From an uncultured Gemmatimonadales bacterium (GTDB lineage Bacteria > Gemmatimonadota > Glassbacteria > GWA2-58-10): DNA of 64,000 nt. Positions 19,563 through 28,342 of the stretch are shown one piece after another. The notes beneath the pieces are model-generated. The model saw only the letters and a program-made list of their open reading frames with translations. It did not search any database and was not told where the DNA came from. Location: the NCBI GenBank assembly GCA_964473155.1, contig CAYYNT010000001.1:6017-70016 (forward strand), in the 5' to 3' direction. A program made the translations under genes and the position numbers. Within the stretch, counting starts at the first letter, position 1. Each line of letters starts with the position of its first letter.

Positions 19563-20186
19563 TCAGTATTTGCGGAGCACGCCGATCACCACGCCCTGAA
19601 GGCTGAACTCGCCATCGCGCACGAAGATCGGCGACATGTTGACATTGGCAGGCTGAAGACGCACCCCGTCCTTCTCGCGGTAAAAACGCTTCAGCGTGAC
19701 CTCCTCGGCGCCGATCAGGGCCACCACTATCTGACCGTCGCTGGCGTCCTGACGGTTCTCCACGATCACGTAGTCCCCGTCGCGTATCTGCTCGTCGATC
19801 ATCGAGTCGCCGCAGACACGTAGCACATAGGTCCTGCCCTTACCGGCCAGGAACGACGGCACATCCATGCTTTCGGGCGTGGGCAGCGCCTGTATCGGCC
19901 GCCCGGCGGCGATCCGGCCGAGAAGCGGCAGCGTCACCGCTCCGGCCTCGCTGACCGTGTCTGTTTCGCTCTCGTGCGCCCCACACAACTCTATCGCGCG
20001 GCTGCGGTTAGAGTCGCGGCGGATCAGCCCCTTCTCCTCCAGGTTCTGAAGGTGCTTGTGCACAGTGGCCGGGGAGTTCAGGCCGAAACGGCGGCCGATC
20101 TCCCCCAGGCTGGGCGCGTAGCCGCGGGCGGAGATATGTTCGCTGATGAAATCCAGTATCTCTTTCTGTCTGCGAGTCAGGTACAT
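19563..20186 (-). CDS. lexA: LexA repressor (S24 peptidase)
   Basis: 207 aa. N-terminal winged HTH (LTRRQKEILDFI). Ala-Gly cleavage site (AAGRP). Catalytic Ser/Lys region (CGDSM...K). Confidence 0.92.
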   Translation of the reverse strand: MYLTRRQKEILDFISEHISARGYAPSLGEIGRRFGLNSPATVHKHLQNLEEKGLIRRDSNRSRAIELCGAHESETDTVSEAGAVTLPLLGRIAAGRPIQALPTPESMDVPSFLAGKGRTYVLRVCGDSMIDEQIRDGDYVIVENRQDASDGQIVVALIGAEEVTLKRFYREKDGVRLQPANVNMSPIFVRDGEFSLQGVVIGVLRKY

Positions 20187-20326
20187 GCCGCCTCCTGATA
20201 TTCATACCACCGTCTGGTTGCGAAAACCGGGCGTCTAATCCGCGCAAGCACTTTCTGCGCCACGAGTTCCAGATCAGTCTCATCCGCGCCGGCGCCCTGA
20301 AAAAATCCGTCTTGCGCGGCCCCAGG

Positions 20327-20376
20327 GCGAACATTTAGCGAAAACTGATTTATTCTAAGCGAACAAAAAGCGAAAG
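20327..20376 (-). promoter_or_regulatory. Two tandem direct-repeat candidate LexA operators (GCGAAC-N5-GCGAAA, twice)
   Basis: Copies at 20327-20344 (GCGAACATTTAGCGAAAA) and 20359-20376 (GCGAACAAAAAGCGAAAG), both on the plus strand, about 140-190 nt upstream of the lexA start. They resemble the alphaproteobacterial GTTC-N7-GTTC direct-repeat SOS box (here GAAC-N7-GAAA). Confidence 0.45.
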
Positions 20377-20628
20377 TCAAGAAAAAATTGCAGAAAAAAT
20401 TATCAGAAAGCGCTTGAAAAATTCGTCCAAAGCTGATTAAATTCAGATTGTGTAGTTATCGATACGCTGGCAGCCCGGCCGGAAGCCTCTTCTAACGGGT
20501 GAAAACAGCCACGGTTCCCAGCCGGGCGTGCGCTGTCCGCGTGAGCCCGGGTTGCTGTAGACCGGGTCGCAGGCAGACTCAGATTGTTTCCATGTGCAGG
20601 AACGTCAACTATCTACGATGGATGAACG

Positions 20629-21042
20629 ATGAGCGGAAACCGAGAAGAAAACAGCCGGGAAAGCTCGGCCGAGCGCCGCAAGCGGTTCGGCGAATTCCTG
20701 GTGGACAAGGGCCTGATCCAGCCCGAGCAGCGCGATGAGGCGCTGACCATCCAGGAGGCGATCTACCAGCGTCTGGGGTCCCTGGCCGCGGTCGAGGATA
20801 TGATCTCGGTCACCGAACTGTATGACATCCTGGATGAGCAGAAATACACCGGCGCGATGTTCGGCGAGACGGCCAAGAGGATGAAGCTGCTGGACGAAAG
20901 CCAGCTTGGCGAACTTCTGAACATCCAGGAAAAAGTGCGCATGAAACTGGGCGAGATCCTGGTCGGCCTGTTCTACCTTCAGCGCAACACGATGGAAGCG
21001 GCCCTCGAAAATTTCTGGAAGGAAGAGGGCGAACCGGACTGA
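20629..21042 (+). CDS. T2SSE_N/MshEN-like domain protein (putative c-di-GMP-binding module)
   Basis: 137 aa. Two tandem GspE-N-like motifs (FGEFLVDKGLIQPEQRDEAL and LGEILVGLFYLQRNTMEAAL). Confidence 0.55.
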   Translation: MSGNREENSRESSAERRKRFGEFLVDKGLIQPEQRDEALTIQEAIYQRLGSLAAVEDMISVTELYDILDEQKYTGAMFGETAKRMKLLDESQLGELLNIQEKVRMKLGEILVGLFYLQRNTMEAALENFWKEEGEPD

Positions 21043-21196
21043 GCCTCAGCCGGATAATCCGCGACGGCGACACACATCTCTGATGCCGGGGCTGCACTGC
21101 CATCATGGTGCGGCCCCTTGAACCATGTTGATCCATCTCCTGTCATCGCTTACCAGACTGAAACTCACCTTCCCGCACACCGTAAAGGGACCGGAA

Positions 21197-23794
21197 ATGA
21201 AACCTGCCGCCTCAATTGCCGCCCTGCTGCTCTCAGTCCTTTTGTTTTCCACGAAACCGCTGTGCGGCTATGATCTTTCAAAAGACAAGGTGCAGTATGT
21301 GGCGGTCACCTCGCACCTCGACACCCAGTGGCTCTGGACTATCCGCAATACGATAGATTCCTACCTGCCGCTGACCGCTTTCCGTAATTTCTATCTCTTT
21401 GAAAAATACCCGCAATATGTTTTCAACTTCGAGGCCGCCTACCACTACATGCTGTTCAAGCAGTACTATCCCGACCATTATGCCGACATAAAGCGGTACA
21501 TGGAAAAAGGCAACTGGAAACTGGCCGGCGGGATGCTCGTTGCCTGCGATGTCAACGTGCCGTCGCCGGAATCGCTCGTACGCCAGTTCCTTTACGGCAA
21601 CGGCTTTTTCAAGGAGGAGTTCGGCCGGAAAGCGGTCGATGTCTTTCTGCCCGACTGCTTCGGGTTCGGCATGGTGCTGCCCACGGTGGGTGCGCATTGC
21701 GGGATGATCGGCTTTTCCACACAGAAAATCTACTGCCCCTGGCTGCCCCAACCCTCCGGCGCTTATCCCAAACCCTTCGACATCGGCCTGTGGGAGGGTG
21801 TAGACGGGTCATCGCTCATAGCCGCGGTCAATCCCGGAGCCTACACCGATCCCTGGACCATCTACCCGGAGCAGATTGACGCCCTGGGCCGGACCACCGG
21901 CATATACGCCTCCTACGACTACATGGGAGTGGGCGATATCGGCGGCGGCTGCTGCTGCGGACAGCGCGGCGACTGCTCCGAGAAGGACGTTGTCTCCCTT
22001 TTCGAGCGGATCGCGCGCAACGATCAGGAAGAGATAAAGGTAGTGCTGGCCCCCTCGGACCAGATATTCAAGGACATTATCGCCGCCGGGCTGCGGGACA
22101 AGCTGGTCAGATACCGGGGAGAATTTCTGGCCCGCGAGCACGGAACGGGCACCTACACGTCCAGGGCCCAGATGAAGCTGAAAAACCGTCAGAACGAGCT
22201 GTTAGGGTTCTCCAGCGAGATGGCCTCGGTGCTGGCCGGACAACTGGCCGGCAAGCCCTACCCGGCCCAGCGGATCAAGGACGCCTGGATCAGGTTCCTC
22301 TGGCACCAGTTCCACGATGACCTGCCCGGCACAAGCATCCCGGTTGTCTACCAGAGGTATTCGCTGCCGGATGAGGACGCGGCGATCGAGCAGTTCACGG
22401 CCATCCGTCAGGAGGGCCTGGAAGCCCTGACCGCGAAAATGGACACCCGGAGCGCCGGAACAGCCCTGATGGTGTTCAATCCGTTGAGCGTCCAGCGGCA
22501 GGAGCCGGTGCTGGCGCAGGTGGAATTCCCGGACGGGCAAGCCCCGGAATTCGTGCGGGTCTATGGTCCGGACGGCAAGGAAGTTCTTTCTCAGGTGCTG
22601 GAGCGCAACGGAAAGCAGTTGAGCATCGCTTTCATGGCCGCGACCCCGGCCTGCGGCGCGGCCGTGTACGATGTCCGCGCGGCGGAAACCCCGTGCGGCC
22701 TGCCCTCCGCGCTAAAGGCCAGCCAGAGCGGCCTGGCCAACGCCAGCCTGGAAGTGAAGCTCGACGGCAACGGCGACATAGTCTCGATCCGGGACATTCG
22801 CACCGGCCGTGAGACGCTCTCCGGCCCGATGCAACTCGAGCTTCTGCCCGACAGCCCGAACGACTACCCGCAGTGGGAAATCCGCTATGAGGATATAATG
22901 GCCCCGCCGCGGACAGTTGCAGGCCCGGCGAAAGTGACAGTGATCGAGCAGGGACCCGTGCGCGCCACCCTGCGGGTTGAGCGCAAATCAGGCGGTTCGG
23001 TGTTCGTCCAGGATATCCATCTGACCGCCGCGGGGCGGAGAGTGGACGTGGAAAACCGGATCGACTGGCAGGAGCGCAAAACTCTGCTCAAGGCCGGGTT
23101 CCCGCTGAAAGCCGCCAACCCGAAAGCGGTGTACGACCTGGGACTCGGCACGATCGAGCGGGGTGACAACACCGCCAACCTGTACGAGGCGCCGGCCCAG
23201 CAGTGGGCGGAAATCACCGACAGCTCCGGCGGTTTCGGAGCGGCGGTGCTGAACGACTGCAAGTACGGCTGGGACAAGCCCTCCGGTGACAAGCTGCGCC
23301 TTACGCTTATCCACACCCCGGAGACCAGGCCGGAACTGCAGGGGAGCGATATCGGCGATGAAACCCTGGACACGGGAATGAACCGGGTGACCTACTCTGT
23401 CTACCCGCACGCCGGAGACTGGCGCAAGGCCGGGGTGGTCTGGGAAGCGGCCTGTCTCAACCAGCCGCTTACCGCGATGCAGACTGTCATCCACGCAGGG
23501 ACGCTGGGCAAATCGGTGGGTTTCTTCAGGATCAGCGACCCGGCAGTGGCGCTGATGGCGCTCAAGCAGGCGGAAAGCGGCGACAGGCTGGTGCTGCGGG
23601 TGCGCGAGCTGAACGGGGCGGCGGCCCGGCGGGTGAGTTGCGCTTTTCCAGGTAGCAAAATAACTCAGGCTTCCGAGCTGAACGGGATCGAGGAGCAGAC
23701 CGGCCCGGCCAGCAGCAAAGGCGGCGAGCTGAGTTTCGAGATCGGCCCGTACCAGGTGAAGACTTTCTCCGTGGCGCTGGAGGCGTCGCGCTGA
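21197..23794 (+). CDS. Glycoside hydrolase family 38 alpha-mannosidase, secreted
   Basis: The ATG at 21197 starts signal peptide MKPAASIAALLLSVLLFS. A GH38 N-terminal metal/His-Asp motif is present (VAVTSHLDTQWLW), as is FWHQFHDDLPGTSI. Confidence 0.75.
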   Translation: MKPAASIAALLLSVLLFSTKPLCGYDLSKDKVQYVAVTSHLDTQWLWTIRNTIDSYLPLTAFRNFYLFEKYPQYVFNFEAAYHYMLFKQYYPDHYADIKRYMEKGNWKLAGGMLVACDVNVPSPESLVRQFLYGNGFFKEEFGRKAVDVFLPDCFGFGMVLPTVGAHCGMIGFSTQKIYCPWLPQPSGAYPKPFDIGLWEGVDGSSLIAAVNPGAYTDPWTIYPEQIDALGRTTGIYASYDYMGVGDIGGGCCCGQRGDCSEKDVVSLFERIARNDQEEIKVVLAPSDQIFKDIIAAGLRDKLVRYRGEFLAREHGTGTYTSRAQMKLKNRQNELLGFSSEMASVLAGQLAGKPYPAQRIKDAWIRFLWHQFHDDLPGTSIPVVYQRYSLPDEDAAIEQFTAIRQEGLEALTAKMDTRSAGTALMVFNPLSVQRQEPVLAQVEFPDGQAPEFVRVYGPDGKEVLSQVLERNGKQLSIAFMAATPACGAAVYDVRAAETPCGLPSALKASQSGLANASLEVKLDGNGDIVSIRDIRTGRETLSGPMQLELLPDSPNDYPQWEIRYEDIMAPPRTVAGPAKVTVIEQGPVRATLRVERKSGGSVFVQDIHLTAAGRRVDVENRIDWQERKTLLKAGFPLKAANPKAVYDLGLGTIERGDNTANLYEAPAQQWAEITDSSGGFGAAVLNDCKYGWDKPSGDKLRLTLIHTPETRPELQGSDIGDETLDTGMNRVTYSVYPHAGDWRKAGVVWEAACLNQPLTAMQTVIHAGTLGKSVGFFRISDPAVALMALKQAESGDRLVLRVRELNGAAARRVSCAFPGSKITQASELNGIEEQTGPASSKGGELSFEIGPYQVKTFSVALEASR

Positions 23795-24061
23795 AATAAT
23801 GGCTGCGGGGCTGTCTCGAAAGTAGAGGCGGCCCCATGTGGCCGCCCGGGCGCAACCGCGGGTGTTCTGGATAACCTTGGCAAGGAGGTAAAAAGACGCT
23901 TGTGGAACTATAGTTGCGTTTTCAGGTGCGCCCGAACCAGATAACAATTTTGCAGAAACGAGCATCATTTTTAATAATCGCCAAATTTGCCTTGTGCAGC
24001 GTCTCCTTCTGGAGAATATGAAAAAACTTTTCGGGTTCACAGCCGGGAGCCGGGTCAAAAT

Positions 24062-24403
24062 ATGCAAATACTGGAAGCTGCCATAACTGTTGATGAGCTA
24101 AGAAAAATCGCCGAAGCCACTTTTGGGGATATTGTTAAAGCGGTGGTTGATACTGACCGGCAATTGATCGCTCTCGACGCAGAGCTTCATTCAGATCTGG
24201 AGGCCATGCTGCTGGGAAATGGTTCAGAACAAAACAGCCTTTGGGGAATAAATTTATATCCAGATTTGACAGATGAGGATTTTATCGAGTTTGACTCACT
24301 GATCAATATTCGCCCGTCTCAGGGCAACAAAACAAGAAGTGTGGACTCAAAAGACATTCAGAAAAAAATCCGGACCATTGTCAACAGATGGATAAGACAT
24401 TGA
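24062..24403 (+). CDS. Small conserved hypothetical protein (DUF5674-like)
   Basis: 113 aa (MQILEAAITVDELRKIAEATFGDIVKAVVD...). Lies in a low-GC patch. The stop overlaps the next gene by 16 nt. Confidence 0.45.
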   Translation: MQILEAAITVDELRKIAEATFGDIVKAVVDTDRQLIALDAELHSDLEAMLLGNGSEQNSLWGINLYPDLTDEDFIEFDSLINIRPSQGNKTRSVDSKDIQKKIRTIVNRWIRH

Positions 24404-24732
24404 ACACTCAGCATAAAGAACTGGCTATGGGACGCTGGGAGAAATTGTCCTTTTGCGAACAGATGGCCAATGTGGGGAGTGAAGTAAGCCGCGCGTTCAA
24501 CTGGCGTAAAAAAGGCAAGGACACTCTTGCGGAAAACGCCGTCAACCGGGCCCTCGAACTGCTGGATCTCACGATCGGGACGGTCAGGCAGCCTTCCCGT
24601 CTGAAAGAACTGTTGAGAGCCAGGGAATGTCTGGTAGATTATTTTTACGGTTCCAATGAATATCTTTCTTCCGAACAACTGTTGCGTAGGTATTTCGACA
24701 TCTTTGCCTTCGCACTAAGGAGAAAAACTTAG
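24388..24732 (+). CDS. Hypothetical all-alpha protein (possibly MazG-like NTP pyrophosphohydrolase fold)
   Basis: 114 aa. Acidic helices CEQMANVGSEVSRAF / ENAVNRALELLDLT. Overlaps the preceding gene. Confidence 0.35.
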   Translation: MDKTLNTQHKELAMGRWEKLSFCEQMANVGSEVSRAFNWRKKGKDTLAENAVNRALELLDLTIGTVRQPSRLKELLRARECLVDYFYGSNEYLSSEQLLRRYFDIFAFALRRKT

Positions 24733-24919
24733 AAACCAGGATGATAAAGAAGAATAGATACCGGGACACCGAATCTAAACTGCTCATTCCGGATGACCGG
24801 ATATGGATCTTAAGGCTACCCCCCGGAAAGAACTAACCTCCTCGTATTCGTTGAAAACAGAAACAACTTAAAAACCGCTACTGACGGGCATTGGCAGATA
24901 GCTGGAAGTGGCGGCCGTT

Positions 24920-24978
24920 CCTCCCCCCTTGACAAGGGGGGACTGAGGGGGATTTGATCCAGTAAATCAACACGCCTA
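24920..24978 (+). repeat. G-run/C-run hairpin repeat element, copy A
   Basis: TCCTCCCCCCTTgacaaGGGGGGActGAGGGGGATTTGATCCAgtAAATCAACACgCCT. This copy and copy B (39085-39152) are near-identical; the copy at 36059-36110 is the reverse complement. Confidence 0.7.
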
Positions 24979-25030
24979 ATAACCTCAGAGAGTTCGTGCC
25001 GGGCGTCGAGCGGTTGGAAATCAACTCAAT

Positions 25031-25076
25031 ATTAAAAAAGCGGAGGGGCTGCCCCCACATCAGGGACAGTCCCTCT
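25031..25076 (-). terminator. Rho-independent terminator of gdh
   Basis: On the minus strand, AGGGACtGTCCCT and GGGGCaGCCCC hairpins are followed by GCTTTTTTAATATT. Confidence 0.65.
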
Positions 25077-25108
25077 GTTTATACAACTGATAAAATGCCG
25101 ACCTCTTT

Positions 25109-26422
25109 CTACAGCAGACTGCGGGTCTTCATCGCCTTGTAGATGCGCTCGACCGCGATATCGCAGGCCGCCTGGGTGAAACTGCCGCTCTTGTCCTTGC
25201 GGGCCAGCATCTCGCCGAACATGTTGTCAAAGCTGGTGCGCAGGAACGCTAACACGTCATCCCGCGTGTAGCGCGCCCCGCCCAGGCCCTGGCGGTACTC
25301 CAGGTAGCTGGCGATCACGCCGCCCGAGTTGACATAGTTATCGGGTATAACCACCACGCCCCGTTTTTTAAGGCGGAGGAATGCCCCCCAGGTGACCGGC
25401 ATGTTGGCCGCTTCCATCACGGCCAGTTTCGCTCCCAGGGTGTCGCAGTTTTCCTCGTTCACCACATGCCCATCCGCCGCCGGGACCAGGATATCGACCG
25501 GCAGAGCGAACATTCCCTTGTTGTCTATCGTATGCTTGTCGTCAAAGCCTTTCACTGTCCGGTTCTTCAGGGTATACTCCATCAGGGCCGGGATGTCGAT
25601 CCCGCTCTTCACATGAACTCCGCCATACAGGTCGGTCACCGCCACCACCTTGCAGCCCGCCTCGTGCAGGTACATGGCGGCATAGCTGCCCACGTTGCCG
25701 AAACCCTGGATCGACACCGTGATCTTCTTGGGGTCCTTGCCGATCAGGTCCAGGTACTTGAGCGTGGCGTAGGCCGTGCCGAAACCGGTGGCCTCGCGGC
25801 GGCCGGGGAGCCAGCCCTCGATCCCCTCGGGCTTGGCCGTGACCACAGCCGGGTCGTGCGTGCGGTTGTAGAACAGCATCATCTCGCGGCCCGAGCTGCC
25901 CATATCCGGGGCCGGGATGTATATCCGGGTGAGGTTGCGCTCCACGAAATGGTCGACGAACTCTTTCATGATATGGTCCTTGAGCCTGTCGACGAATTCG
26001 AAGAAAGACAGCTTGACCTTGTCCTTCATCCGGGCGTAGAGCTTATCGAAATCCACCCGGATGCCGCTCTTGCCGCCGCCAAGCTCAAGGTCGGCCAGCG
26101 CGGTCTTCAGGGTCATCAGACGCGCCAGCTCGGTGGTCTCCCAGATGTTTACATCCGGGGCGATGCGGATGCCGCCCTTGTACGGGCCGCGGGCGCGGTT
26201 GTGCAGCACGATCCCGGAACTTATGTTTATTATCTCGCCCTCCACCTCCACCGGCAGCCGCTGGTAGATGAAAGTGTAGGGCTTCTCTATCTGCTCCAGG
26301 TCATTCGCCGAGATGCCAAGACGTCCGGCGCTGTCGCGCATCAACCGCGCGGAACGGTTCTCCGGCTCCTTGCTGCAGATGAACCTCTCCAACGACTTGG
26401 AATAACTCTTTTCCTCCTGCAT
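25109..26422 (-). CDS. gdh: Glutamate dehydrogenase (Glu/Leu/Phe/Val dehydrogenase family)
   Basis: 437 aa. Motifs KGGIRIAP...LGGGKSGI and the NAD(P) fold GFGNVGSYAA. Confidence 0.9.
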   Translation of the reverse strand: MQEEKSYSKSLERFICSKEPENRSARLMRDSAGRLGISANDLEQIEKPYTFIYQRLPVEVEGEIINISSGIVLHNRARGPYKGGIRIAPDVNIWETTELARLMTLKTALADLELGGGKSGIRVDFDKLYARMKDKVKLSFFEFVDRLKDHIMKEFVDHFVERNLTRIYIPAPDMGSSGREMMLFYNRTHDPAVVTAKPEGIEGWLPGRREATGFGTAYATLKYLDLIGKDPKKITVSIQGFGNVGSYAAMYLHEAGCKVVAVTDLYGGVHVKSGIDIPALMEYTLKNRTVKGFDDKHTIDNKGMFALPVDILVPAADGHVVNEENCDTLGAKLAVMEAANMPVTWGAFLRLKKRGVVVIPDNYVNSGGVIASYLEYRQGLGGARYTRDDVLAFLRTSFDNMFGEMLARKDKSGSFTQAACDIAVERIYKAMKTRSLL

Positions 26423-26559
26423 CAGCGCTCCTCCATTCTCCCGGCTCTTCCAGCCGGGAATGCAGGTAACACAGGCTCCTGGTTCAACGTCTCGCTAACA
26501 CTCGATAACGGTCAAGCAGCAATTTCAAAGCAAGCATCTCGCCCGGCTTTACAGCTCAA

Positions 26560-27843
26560 TCACAGGACATCCATGATCCGGATCAGGTGCACCGGCGCGA
26601 GGACCACCGGTTCCTTGTCAATCTGTTTCACCGCTTCAGTGACGGCGCCCATGGCCGTCCGGTGGGTGATTATCACCAGAGGCACGCCGTGACGGGGATC
26701 ATTTTCCGATTCCTTCTGCACCACCGAGGCGATCGAGATTCCATGCCCGGCCAGGGTCGCGCTGATCCGGGCGAACACGCCCGGCTGGTCCTTGACGTTC
26801 ACCCGAAGGTAGAACCGCCCGGAAACCTCCTCGCGGGCCAGCACCGGAAGGTCGGAACGCATTTCGTTGTAGCTGGTGCGTATCCTGCGGTCCTCGGAAA
26901 GGCTGAACAGATCGCTGATCACCGCACCGGCAGTGGGCATCATCCCCGCCCCCTTGCCGATATAGGTATGTTCATGGTGCGCCCATGAATTGACCATGAT
27001 CGCGTTGAACTCGTTGCGCACCTGGGCCATGATCGACTCGGCCGGAATGAGCGTCGGGCCGACCCACACCGCCAGGCGCCCGTCCTCCCGGCTGGCGCGG
27101 GCCAGGAGCTTTATCCTGAATCCCATCTCGCCCGCCGCCTGGACATCCACGTTGCTCACGCCGGTGATTCCCTGCAGGTCGATGCTCTCGGGCAGCACGC
27201 GCGTGCGGAACGCCTTGCGCACGAGGATCGAAAGTTTCTGCGCCGTATCCATACCGCTGATATCGAGCGTCGGGTCCGCCTCGGCGAAGCCTTTCTTCTG
27301 GGCCTCCACCACCGCCTGCTTGCAGGTGAGACCGGGATTTTGTTCCATGCGGGTCAGGATGTAGTTGCAGGTGCCGTTGAGAATGGCGCTGATCGAGAGT
27401 ATCTCATCCGCCACCAGTTCCTCGCGCAGGACCTTGATTATCGGCACGCCGCCGGCCACGCTGGCCTCGAACAGAAGGCGCGCGCCGCTGGCCGCCGCTA
27501 TCTCGGCAAGCTCATCGCCGTAATGCGACATCAGATACTTGTTCGCCGTAATCACATCCTTGCCCGCAGCCAGCGCGGTCTCGACCAGGGTCTTGGCCGC
27601 GCCTATCCCGCCGATCAGCTCTATGATCACGTCTATCTCGGGATCCTTGACCACCGATTCGGCATCACGGGTAAGCAGGACCGGATCGCAGGGCACCTCG
27701 CGCGGGCGCTCAAGGTCCAGGTCCGCCACTTTGACCAACTCAACCCGTTTGCATATCTCGAGATCGCCGCGGGTGAGCATCCGGATCACTCCGGAGCCTA
27801 TCGTCCCATAGCCCAGCAGCCCCACTCTAAGCTTTTTCGACAT
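26560..27843 (-). CDS. hom: Homoserine dehydrogenase with C-terminal ACT domain
   Basis: 427 aa. N-terminal LRVGLLGYGTIGSGV. C-terminal ACT domain (FYLRVNVKDQPGVFARISATLAGHGISI). Confidence 0.9.
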   Translation of the reverse strand: MSKKLRVGLLGYGTIGSGVIRMLTRGDLEICKRVELVKVADLDLERPREVPCDPVLLTRDAESVVKDPEIDVIIELIGGIGAAKTLVETALAAGKDVITANKYLMSHYGDELAEIAAASGARLLFEASVAGGVPIIKVLREELVADEILSISAILNGTCNYILTRMEQNPGLTCKQAVVEAQKKGFAEADPTLDISGMDTAQKLSILVRKAFRTRVLPESIDLQGITGVSNVDVQAAGEMGFRIKLLARASREDGRLAVWVGPTLIPAESIMAQVRNEFNAIMVNSWAHHEHTYIGKGAGMMPTAGAVISDLFSLSEDRRIRTSYNEMRSDLPVLAREEVSGRFYLRVNVKDQPGVFARISATLAGHGISIASVVQKESENDPRHGVPLVIITHRTAMGAVTEAVKQIDKEPVVLAPVHLIRIMDVL

Positions 27844-27931
27844 CTATCCTCCACCTTGAACAACCCTGTCCGCCACTCAAAAATAGATACACACTTTATT
27901 TTGATATAGTTATCGAGTTGAGACTGTATAT

Positions 27932-28336
27932 TTATTGCTCAGTTATTACTTTAAGACCGCTGATGTTCACAAAATCTTTAGCATTGTGTGTTACTATCGG
28001 CACTCCATGTCGAACAGCACACGCGGCAATCCACGCATCATGGAACGAGATCGGCAAACCTTGGCGCTGTCGTTCTACAACTATTTTGCCAAAAGTCTTT
28101 GCAATTTCATGATCATACGGGACAACAACATAATTACGAATCGCGTTTTCTAGCATTTTCCGTTTTTCCATGCCCCAATTTCTATTCTCTGCACCATAGT
28201 ACAATTCGCCTACAGTCACAAAAGATACAGCTACAAGACGGTTATCAATATGTTTTACATACGCCTTTGCTTCTTTTGTTCCTTTCATAATATAACTAAC
28301 CACATTTGTATCAACCATTACTTTTGTGGCAGCCAT
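27932..28336 (-). CDS. PIN-domain ribonuclease (VapC-like toxin)
   Basis: 134 aa. Has the PIN acidic tetrad context (MVDTNVV..., ...E..., HDAWIAACAV). The gene is AT-rich (about 40% GC). Its start lies 6 nt after the stop of the upstream 325-aa gene. Confidence 0.8.
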   Translation of the reverse strand: MAATKVMVDTNVVSYIMKGTKEAKAYVKHIDNRLVAVSFVTVGELYYGAENRNWGMEKRKMLENAIRNYVVVPYDHEIAKTFGKIVVERQRQGLPISFHDAWIAACAVRHGVPIVTHNAKDFVNISGLKVITEQ

Positions 28337-28342
28337 ATATCG

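Noticed and set aside
20470-20628. GC-rich hairpins (CCGGGC...GCCCGG) in the 5' region of the MshEN-like gene, considered as a possible riboswitch
   Set aside because: No match to any riboswitch consensus that I can recall (e.g. GEMM). A single hairpin is insufficient evidence.
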